Shown here one piece after another: positions 53,773-64,000 of a stretch of 64,000 bases of DNA. The notes under the pieces are model-generated. The model made no database searches. It was not told where the DNA came from and saw nothing but the letters and a program-made list of their open reading frames with translations. Position 1 is the stretch's first letter. The number at the start of each line of letters is the position of its first letter. The position numbers and the translations under genes are program-made. This DNA comes from Schmidtea polychroa (lineage: Eukaryota): the NCBI GenBank assembly GCA_044892525.1, contig CM097885.1, forward strand, positions 47,493,727 to 47,557,726. The letters are read 5' to 3'.

Positions 53773-56067
53773 ATTTTTTATATTTATGTTCTCATTTATA
53801 TTGATATTCTCCTTTATATTTAGCCTATGGAAAATCTGGAAGTTTAGATGTATTTTAGTTTTTTCATGTTTTGCTTTGTGAACTTTTGAAAGGTTTTATT
53901 ACAAGATATTGTGAATGTTTGTTCATTTTTATAATAAAAAAGTAAAACTACTCTGAGATGACAGGGTATTTTTTATTATTGTCTGCTAAGTCGCTGTTTT
54001 GTAAAAAAAAATTTATGATCCGGATCATCTTTTTTAATTTTAACCTTTTTTGTGTATTGAATTGATTCTAATATACAAGGTAGTCAGTCTTATACATCAG
54101 AATCAATTCAATACTTGTGATGCACAATAATAACACTTCTCAATCTCGAAGGCGATTTCAGCAGTGTTTTAAGGTTACTACCAAAGACCGAAGGATTCTA
54201 AATAACGGAAGTTTCGAAAGAGATTCGAAAGAGGCCTGAAAGAAATTCAAAAAATTCAGGGATCGATCCTTGGTGTGTTGGAAAGACTTGTGGCGACCAC
54301 AGCCGGTGGAATAAATTATATTTTCATATATGTTTTGTAAGTTAATTAAAAAAACACAAAAATACAAATACTATTTATTTTATAAAATGAAAAAAAAATT
54401 TTAAAATGTTTAAAAATTAATTTCATTGCTAGTTCGGTTGATTTTATATCGTTGTTAGTAAATCATGTAAAACCTATATTTATAATTTTATGAGTCATAT
54501 ACGACCGTCATGAGCAAGTTTAGTTTAGTAATTCTTAGAACTTGTTAAAAAGCTTTATTAAAGCTTATTAAGAATGTGCACGGTTAACACTAAAAATAGA
54601 GATGGAAATAATAATTTCAACATCAATAAAAGTTTTGTTGCGAAGGTCTATCTGTGGTCTTTGATAAATTTTAAAATTTAAATTAGACATGTTATCCGAT
54701 ATCTCTAATAAATGTTTCGGTTTTTTACTACATTTACATTGCTGTTAATGATTTTGGAACAATTTCAATTGTATTTTTTGACTCCGTATTTATGCCAAAC
54801 TTAGCCAGTGAAATAAAAAAATTGATGAAAATTCCCCATAGGCAAGACTTGGAACGTTGTTTAAGAAATCTATCCCCCTTGAGGTTCACTGGTCATTATA
54901 CTGGTAAAAAGATTTCCCAATGATGGATATCCAAACATAGAAAGACTGTCATTTAGCTTTGAACTATGAATTATTCAGGGCTATAAATTATGTTAAGCTG
55001 TATCTTTACACCAGAAATAGGTAATTAGAATAGGTGGATAAGATAATAATTTTAATTTAAAGTAAGATATTGAAAGAAATCCAATGAATTTTGCTTTTTG
55101 AATTACTGACTGTTTAAAATGAAATGTAAGTATTTTTGGTTTTTATCGGTACCATATAAAATCTTGATCCCATCTAATCTCGTAGGTATTATTTTTAATT
55201 AATTATAGCATAAGGATAGCTCAATATTTGTCAAAGACAAATTATTTAAAATTATCAAAAATAATTATGTGATTTTTTTGAGAATTTATGAAAGAGAAAC
55301 TTCTATGAGTTTATAAAACGTTTTTGTATGAATATAATGATAAACTGACTGTACGTGTTCTTATTAAAAACAATAGGACCCAATTAGGCTTTACTTCAAA
55401 CAACAAGTTTTCAGAATTCAAATTCGCTTGTTCAATTAAATAACCAAAGTAGAGAGATGTGAGCCCGCGAGGACAAAGATCCCTACCCCTCCACGGGCAA
55501 AAAAATAAAAAAAATTGTCAAGGTCAAATTTTGAACCAAAACATGAGTCATCAAGGTCATTTAAACAAAGACCATGACTCATCCGATGACTCATTCAAAG
55601 TCGTATGACTCATTCAAGGTCATTCTCAAGGTCGTGTAGCTCATCCGATGATTCATCAATAAATTATTGTTATTTAAAAAAATATTATTAATTGAGCCAG
55701 CGGTGACTTACATTTCGGTACCCCAAACGTTAATGTTCCTGTCATTTGATTTCATTGAACGATGGCTCATTTTAAAGCCCACTACAAGACCTATCGAATG
55801 AGTTAAAGATATCATTATTGATATCGTAAGTATCATTATTATTTTTAAAGATATTAACAATTTGCAAATTCATGTTTCAAGGTCAAATTATCATTTTTCA
55901 AAATATTATTTTTTCAACATCATATTATTTTTCAAGGTCATTATTTTCAAGGTCATATTATTTTCCAACGTCATATTATTTTCCCGCCTACGGACTTTAT
56001 TAAAGCCCACTGCAAGACCTTTCAATTGAGCTATAGACATCATTATTTTCATTATTATTTTTAAAGA

Positions 56068-56139
<72 letters not shown>

Positions 56140-56776
56140 AGAAATCAATAAGACATATTAAAACATTTATTAAACAATAAAATAATTTAAAATTAACAAT
56201 GGCAATCTAAATATTGATGTACTCATATTTGCGGCTACATTGTTTGAAATTGGTAACGTTGAATTGTTTTTCAGATATTATATCGATCATTTGATTGTTT
56301 GAATTTCACTTATTATTAATTTAATCTTAACAAATAGTCATGTTTCTTATCAATTATTTTCATAATAATTTTTTTTCAACAATTGATTTATTGAAATCAT
56401 CAATATGATCAAGTAATTAAAGTTTTATGTTTTGTATATATTCAAATCATAGGTCATAGCTGTTTTCTCCAATCTTTCGGATATTCTTTATCCTGAATGC
56501 TTTGCCCATTTTGGTTTGTCAATAATATATAAAATATCCATCAACTTGGTGGTATTTGGACAAACACATATTGGTTTATTTGAAGACTCCACCGTTATTG
56601 TTGTATTATGTGAGCACACACTTATTATACTAACTACCAATAGAAATATTGTATTCATGTTGTTTCAAATCAAAACTCATATATTTTACATTTATAGTCT
56701 ATCAACCAATCAGAATCATATATAGCACACAATTCTGTAGTGTAAATAAAACATTATATTTTAAATTACTGTAGAA

Positions 56777-57305
56777 ATGTCGCCAATAAATTTTATCGAG
56801 AACCTGTTAAATGAGGTAGTCAACAAAAACATTATGGCAAGCATCAGTTTCCTAATCAATCGAACCGAAAAAATTATTGAAGGCAACCATATTGATAACC
56901 AGGACATACTGGATATGGAATGCCTTGAAACAAAGAAGTTTTATTTTAACAGAATCTTAGATTACCTATCCGATGAAATAATGAAGTGAACCCGAATAAT
57001 TGTAGTGTTCACTTATATGAAAATTATCATTGAAAAATGTTTATGGGACTCAGCGCATTACTATCAGTGGTCTCAAGAAGTAAGTTTTATTTTATAATGT
57101 ATATAATAATAATATTTATTTTAAGATAATCAAGTCGAAGTTTACTCCATGGATGAAGCCAATGGCGGATAGGGTACATTAAATCAACTCAACCAAAATG
57201 CCAAGGAAATCGACCAGCATAAAAGAAAGTTTAAAAACTATATTAAACTTGCAACAGGTGTTGGTTATCTTGTATATTATTTGTAGATTTTTAAATAAAA
57301 ATTAA
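56777..57305 (+). pseudogene. Bcl-2-like pseudogene
   Basis: Homologous to 38067-38595. BH1 Trp changed to TGA (56987-56989), 1-nt deletion and TGG>TAG in BH2; intron retained at the same position. Confidence 0.85.
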
Positions 57306-57481
57306 TGTTGTTATGTTGTTTTATCATAAATATTAAAAATAAATAAATTTTAAAATTTATTAATTAATACATTCGCAATCGTCATCTCCACATTTCATAA
57401 CATTTTCGATGACATGATCTACACAATCGTTACAATCGTTATCATTCATAATATCTTCCGTATCTTTAGGTTCATCAATAG

Positions 57482-57945
57482 CAGAGGTGTGCAGCCAAAA
57501 GTGGTCCGAGGGCCACTTTTAGGAAAATTATTTTTATAGGGCCAGAAAAAATTTAAAAAAATGAACAGAACGAGAGAGGCTAATTCTTTCTACATCACCA
57601 GATTTTTCTGGACATATTAGGTTAATTATATCGGAAAGGCATTCTTTTATTAGATCCCCATCTGAAAACGGCTTTCCGTACTTAGCAATCTTTTGTGCCA
57701 CCACAAAACTAGACCTAAGTATGCTATCCTTCTGTACGCTCTTATCCATAAAAAAAGATTGTTGCTTATTTAGGGAGGCCTTCAAATCCTCTACTTTGTC
57801 ATTTCTTTCCTCTATGCTCAATTTAGTGTAGTTCTCGTGTTTAGAATCGCGGAGCCTTTTAGCTATCAAAATATAAAACTCAATTTATTCGTATGTTTTT
57901 TGATTTCCACGGGTCAGAAAAATTTGCCTCGCGGGCCACATTCTA
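57482..57945 (-). mobile_element. Truncated hAT (Charlie/GTF2IRD2-like) fragment inserted in the small acidic gene
   Basis: hAT-like end CAGAGGTGTGCAGCC; ORF 57534-57869 contains KIAKYGKPFSDGDLIKECL...ISLSR; interrupts the homologue of 38640-38965. Right boundary approximate. Confidence 0.75.
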
Positions 57946-58454
57946 TAGGTTCATAGATTTCCTCATCGATTTCTTGGATGTCATCATTTTCTTGAGTATC
58001 GTGGGTTTCTTGAGTGACTTCCTGGTCATGAAATCCTGAATCTTGACTCTCAACTACCAAACCTATATTTAATGCATTTGTAACAGATAATATGTCCTCC
58101 ATTTTTACACCAGCTATTTCTGCTAATTTTTCCAACAAAAGGTTGATTACAAATTCTAATTAATAAATAATTCGTTAATTAATTAATCATGTTAACCTTT
58201 TTCTGCAGTCATTTTTATCACTTTAAAACTATATTGTAAGTTTGTTTATAGATTGTCTTTGTTAAATTTGCATGTCACTTGCATTAATGTTCAATTTCAT
58301 TGCTAATAAAGAGAAAAACAAATATGACTAATACATTTATTAAATTTATTAAATACAACATTAAAATAGTTGTGAAAGTCTAGCAGATATAATTTTCCAA
58401 ATAGGAGAATAAACATCATTATTATCAACTTTATATTCCTGGATTGTAATTGTT

Positions 58455-58551
58455 AAGGAAAAATCTGCAGATGAAATGTCCAAGGCAATTAATATTTTAT
58501 TTAAAGATGGATATCCTAATAACTTGCAAACGGATTTAGGTATTATTATTA

Positions 58552-58607
<56 letters not shown>

Positions 58608-59243
58608 TTAGGTAAAGAATTCTACAATAGCAAAGTTAAGCAAATCCTCGATAAATTGAAAATAAATCACTACTCGGTACATTCTCAATGCAAAGCTGCT
58701 CATGTTGAAAGATTTAACCGAACATTTAGAGATAGATTAAAGAAACTAATGGTGCATCAAGGTATTTAAAAAATGGGTAAATGTTTTACCAAAAATAATA
58801 AGCAGTTATAATCATTCATCACATCGAGGACTGAATGGATTGAGACCTGTTGTTATCACATCAAAAGACACCATTGACTTCTACAAAAATCTGTAAAAAT
58901 TACAAAACCGAAATATAAAGTCGGTGACCATGTTAGAATTAGTAAAATTAGTGCATCACCATTTATTAAAAATTTTAATACAAATTGGAGTGATGAAGTC
59001 TTTGTAATTTCGAAAATAAATACTAAACAGAATCCTGTAATGTATATCATCAACGACAATGATAATACTATTGTACAGGGGAAATTTTATGAGCAGGAAT
59101 TACAAATCATTCCTCTCCCAAAAGTATTTAGAATTCAAAAAATATTGAAAACTTAAAAGGTCGGCAAGGATAAACAATACTATGTCAAATGACATGGTTA
59201 TCAAAACCCATCATGGATATCATCAAAAGACCTAGTAAAGTGA
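58455..59243 (+). pseudogene. int: Integrase pseudogene (5'-deleted)
   Basis: Homologous to 42380-43205 with stops and frameshifts; same ATT-filled intron (58540-58611). Confidence 0.9.
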
Positions 59244-60227
59244 TTTTTTATACTATTTTACCAAGCAATAGCTGTCCATTAATTCATCCGGACAATCAAG
59301 CCAGCAAATTCATGGTCAATCTCTAGAATCCGATTTCTTTAAATGGTGACTGGGAAGTTGCACTGCAAGATTTTACATTCGTGTACAACACATTCCCATT
59401 TTATAGTCAATGTAAGATTAATTTCAAAAAGAATGTTCTGAAAAACATATCATATTCCGAATCAAATATTAAATCCGCATTGTTATATCTTTTACAAGGA
59501 TGGATTAAATATCAGTTGTGATTTTAAACCATTTACAATAACATTCAAAACTATTGAAGATGCCAAACGAATGGGTTGCAATAAGTTGAGAAATGATGTT
59601 ATGGAATGGGTTACAGATGGAAACAGACTATTTATTACGTTTTGATCTATTTGAAGCAAACAGTTTAATGAAAGAAGAAATCAAAATATCAGTGTTGTAT
59701 AATAATGAAGTTGAAGAATCATTCACCTTTGTTGACGAATTATATTTTGAAAAACTTGATGTGTTACTTAAATATTTAAAGTACAATTAATTCACACATA
59801 TTTAAAAGTTTGGAAATTCTGAAAGATGTGTTGTTTGTCTTCAGTTTGAATGATGACATTTTCGAAGTTACATTTGATAAAATTTGACAAATACACTTGG
59901 ATTCGAGAATCAAAAATATAGGGAAAAATCGTCTGCCAAGCCAAGAATACTTGAACATCATCAAAAAATGTTCATTTATACTAATATTATTGAGCCCATA
60001 ATTATTGGTGATTCCAGTTTCCTGTTTTGAAATCAGAATGGATTGGAAAATATGAACATAATGAAGTTGTCAATATAAATATCGATAATCCCATGTATTT
60101 ACCAATAGCAAGTTCATGTATAAACAATATAGAAATAAATATTCGTGATGATAGTGGAAAACTTATAAACTTTCCAAAAGGTTCAAAAACTCATTTGACA
60201 TTACATTTTCGTAAAGTAGATGGCAAA
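59215..60227 (+). pseudogene. Minor capsid pseudogene
   Basis: Colinear with 43151-44218; multiple stops and indels. Confidence 0.9.
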
Positions 60228-60585
60228 TTCTGATATTATTAGTATGTATAGTGATAGCCAATCTGGCGGTGAATTACCATATTTCGTTGGTAAACAGTAC
60301 GAATCAGGTTGGTTGAAAACAATTGGGAGATTTGCACTTCCTATTCTTAAACGTATTGGTAGTTTTGGTATGAAAACTGCAAAAGATGTTATTATAAATG
60401 AACATAAAATATTACCATCCCTAAAATCAAATGCTTTAGCCGAATTATGGAAGGTTCTACCAGGTGTTGCTGGTATGTTTCAAAAATATGCACCAGCTCC
60501 AGCTAATTCTAGAAAACGTAAAATTCATGGAATATCGAGTATAAACAAACGAATGAAAGGACATGGAACTATATTTGCAAAATGA
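60220..60585 (+). CDS. Polinton core protein (121 aa), intact ORF
   Basis: QSGG.LPYF.GKQYESGWLKTIGRFALPILKRIG...; basic C-terminus; located between mCP and MCP. Confidence 0.75.
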   Translation: MANSDIISMYSDSQSGGELPYFVGKQYESGWLKTIGRFALPILKRIGSFGMKTAKDVIINEHKILPSLKSNALAELWKVLPGVAGMFQKYAPAPANSRKRKIHGISSINKRMKGHGTIFAK

Positions 60586-61787
60586 TTTGTAGTAAATTTG
60601 AATTATGCATATTTGATAGACCATCGCCCCAAGCTGTAATCGAATTTGGGACATTTGAGGAAGTTTTTCTTATGAATTCAATTACCGATAGTATAAATGA
60701 TATAGAGTTTTATATTAATGGTTCGCAAACTGAATATTTAGATTTGAACGATACTTCAGATCAAGGTAAAGGTAGATAAAGATAAAAAAGATTTGGATGC
60801 CAATGTAGATGTAATACCGAAAAATTTCCTGTTTCATATTCTTTTTAAAGATGCAGTGTTGGGATTTAATAACATCAAGATTGAGTGCGGAAATAATACA
60901 TTTATTCACAAGGCATTGATAGAAACTATAATAAATTACAATTCCGATACTAAAAATACCTGTATTACTCCTATGGGTTATACGACAACAGATGATGAAA
61001 TAAAAAAGTGTGTTAAAGACTCAAAGGTTTTCACCATGTGCTCATCATTAAAAGTCAATTTTATGGCTCAACCGAAATATTTACTACCGGGAGTTAATGT
61101 ACACATTAGACTGAAAAGGGCCGATTCTGCATTATCTCTTACTGGTACAGTTGCACCAATATGTCAATTAGTTGATGCAAAATTATTGGTGAGAAGAGTT
61201 TGAGTGGACTCCTCAGTATTAGAGAGTCATCAATTGGGTCTTCAAAACATACAATTTATCCATTAAAAACAAAGGAAATTGTACAATTCGCTATTCCTAA
61301 AGATGCTTCATCATTCTATAAAGAATAAATATTTGGTGACAGAAGAATGCCTAATTTTATTCTGATAACATTTCAAAGTGAAACACAATATAATGGATCT
61401 TATACTGCTTCCAGCTCAATTTTCAAACTTTGGTGTTATATCATTGACTTTATCAAAAAATACTGATTATAGAAAAACATATACTCAAGATTTCGAAAGT
61501 GAAAATTACTGTGCTACATATTGCAGAGTATTGTTAGAAATTTGGGTTATTTAGATAAAATCTTGAATTGTGGAATAACTCTTGAAGAATTTCAAACCAA
61601 GTACCCATTTTTCACATTTGTTTTAGCCCGCGATTTTGATTTAAATCAGAGTCAATTACCACAAAATGGAAATTTACGACTGGATATAAAGTTTGCAAGA
61701 GCCATTACTGAACTGGTACATGTTATTTTATATGGAGTATTTAAAAATGAAGTTCAAATTACTGCAAATAAAACCGTTCTGGTATAA
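60582..61787 (+). pseudogene. Major capsid pseudogene
   Basis: Colinear with 44554-45777; frameshifts and stops. Confidence 0.92.
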
Positions 61788-62002
61788 ATGTATACAGAAA
61801 TACAGAAAGTTGTCATAGATTAAGTATTTTGATACTGTTTAATTTATTAAAGTAGTTCAGGTTAATCGAATTGGAAAACAAATATTAGGAAATGAATTTG
61901 TAGGAGTTTTTTCTCTCTATAAAATTCCATATTTGAGCAATAATCAAGCCATAATCGTCAATACTCGTTGGTCTTATCTTGGTGTAGAACATTGGATAGT
62001 GA
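61788..62002 (+). pseudogene. Truncated adenain protease pseudogene
   Basis: Homology to 45778 onward ends just after EHWIV. Confidence 0.85.
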
Positions 62003-63159
62003 CATATTTTATTTTTTTTAGTGTTTGTTATAATTTAATATGAATTGTAATTTTTGACATTTTTGTCACCTTTGTAATTTAGAAAAAACTATATAGCGAT
62101 AATTTACAAAAGTAAATTATTGCTATGGAAAATGAAAAAAATGAAAAAATCAATCACAAAAAATGTTATGCAACTAATGCAATTAGGATAAATCTCAAGT
62201 CCCAGAACGAAAACCTTTAGTTGAAGTTAACTATACAAATTGGAATAAATCTCATTAAATATCAAATCTCAGGTCCCAGAAAGAAAACATTTGGTTGAAG
62301 CTGATTGTATAAATAAATTGGACGAAATTAATTAAGTTTTTTTTTTATTATTTTAATAATAAAAGTCAACTACATCCAACTTTATAAATTTGTACAATTG
62401 TATACAAATCCCTGATTCGAGTTTCGATTCCCTGAACGAGTACGCAACTAATTCAATTGGAAATAAATCTCATTAAATCCCTAATCTCGAGTCTCGAAGT
62501 TAATTGTACAAATAAATCGAAAGAAATTATCAAAGGTCCTTGATGAAAAGGCACATGATGGAAAATACGAACTACTAATATAACCCAAACACCATCACGA
62601 ATAATACACACACCATAAATTCAGTTATTAACCCCAGAACAAACATTCGAAACTATTTTAGCGATGAAAATGGGATGATTCATCGCCTTTGTTCTAGAAA
62701 GGATGTGTCATTGGATGAGCCAGACGTCCTTGAGAATGTTCTTGAATGAGTCATACGTCCTTGAATGAGTCATCGGACGAGTCATTGTCTTTGTTTAAAT
62801 GTCCTTGATGTGTCGTATGTCTTTGTTTAAAATTTGACCTTGAGAAATTTTTTTAATATTTTGCCCTGAGGGGTAGGGGTCTTTGTCTTCGCGGGCTCAC
62901 ATCTGTTTGATCTAATATTTTATTAGTAAAATATGAAGGAAATATGAAGAGACTTAGAAATCTGATAAGCAATATCTGGTAAAAACTTTCAACGCATTTG
63001 ACAAATTTGTTTGGCAAAATTTTTCTCCACCTACAATAACAAGTTTATTGAATGTTCCGCTCTTTTTATACGCTGTAATCAATAATTATTCTTACATGGG
63101 AACCGAATTAATGAGTATCTTCAACTCCATTAATAATAATGCTAGTATATTTACATGTC

Positions 63160-64000
63160 ATATGGCCATGCCCTAGGAAAGGCGGGGCCAAAGGGGTCAC
63201 TGGCCTGGGCCCCAAATCTTCAGAATTTTATTTGAAGAAATTTTTTTGGAAACAAAAATTAATTTTTAAAAATTCAACAATTTGAAAATGGACTAATGAT
63301 ATAACTTCTTTGCTCTTATATATCAATCTAACATGTTTTTAAATAAATCAGATTGATCTACGATTAGGAAATCGTCATTTAAAATTGCTCGATCGTTATT
63401 AAAATCCACGAATAAGAGATTTTTAAAAATATTTTTAAAAATATCCGTTTATTAATGATATGATATTGGGGCCCCTAATTTAAACCCAACTAGCATGGAA
63501 TTCGAAAGAATATTTTAAATTTCATTAAAATTTCTCCACTAAAAAAATGAAATGAAACGGCTTGAAATATTTCGAAAATTTCTCATTAAAGTTTTAAAGT
63601 TAAAATTGTCGGTGTTAAACTGAATTAAAGTTTGTTTATATTGTTTGTGTTCTATTTGATAAAAATTAATTTCAATAAATTTTAATACTAAAAGAAGTGA
63701 ACAAAAGGTATGAAAATTTTTTTTCGATTGAAATATATCCCTTAATTTAATGAATATTTAATTTAGATGAAAAGACACAAGAGTGGAGCAGAAAAACGAA
63801 AAGACATTAAGAAGCGAAAAGTAGCTATCGATAAATCAGCGAAAATCACCTCATTTTTGAAGAGAGCAAGCCAAAACAATGAAGAAGATTCTTTTGAATC
63901 ATTAAACGCGTTAGTCAATGACGATACATTTGATACATTCGTTCAAGAACATGAAGAATACGTCGAGTGATTTAGATAATAATCATTATTTAGTTTCAAA
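63160..64000 (+). mobile_element. Probable 5' end of a hAT (Tip100/ZMYM1-like) transposon, running off the window
   Basis: GC-rich end with GGGCCCC subterminal motifs. ORF start MKRHKSGAEKRK...KITSF is typical of this transposase group; premature stop at 63970. Confidence 0.5.

Larger units (their letters stand above)
55448..62904 (+). mobile_element. Internally deleted, degenerate Polinton related to 37159-52747
   Basis: Left end AGTAGAGAGATGTGAGCCCGCGAGGACAAAG; imperfect inverted copy at ~62740-62904 with the terminal bases eroded and no TSD visible. Colinear homologues of Bcl-2, INT, mCP, core, MCP and PRO; no pPolB, ATPase or TBP. Confidence 0.92.

Overview
AT-rich eukaryotic (probably invertebrate) genomic DNA made almost entirely of mobile elements; I see no confidently complete host gene. 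The 41-49 nt introns and long (ATT)n tracts would fit a flatworm, but the host cannot be determined from the sequence. Five related Polinton/Maverick (adintovirus-like) elements dominate the window. (1) 1-14888: a ~14.9 kb palindrome with ~7 kb near-identical inverted arms, a 669-bp spacer and a Polinton-type ...ACTACT end. (2) 17741-19940: a 2.2 kb non-autonomous element with a 6-bp TSD carrying chimeric pieces of host eIF3f. (3) 37159-52747: a nearly intact 15.6 kb Polinton (TSD TACCTA) with packaging ATPase, integrase-chromodomain, minor and major capsid, adenain protease and pPolB. It also has an accessory block containing a spliced Bcl-2 homologue and a TBP-like gene, and several genes have spliceosomal introns that the ORF track misses. 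(4) An older, degraded PLA2-encoding Polinton whose integrase was split by insertion of element 3. (5) 55448-62904: an internally deleted relative of element 3 with different TIRs. Also present: a young Ty3/Gypsy element (21757-26794) with a -1 frameshift signal, several hAT elements and MITEs, a TA-flanked MITE and a probable MULE fragment. All calls come from manual reading and motif recognition; no searches were run.
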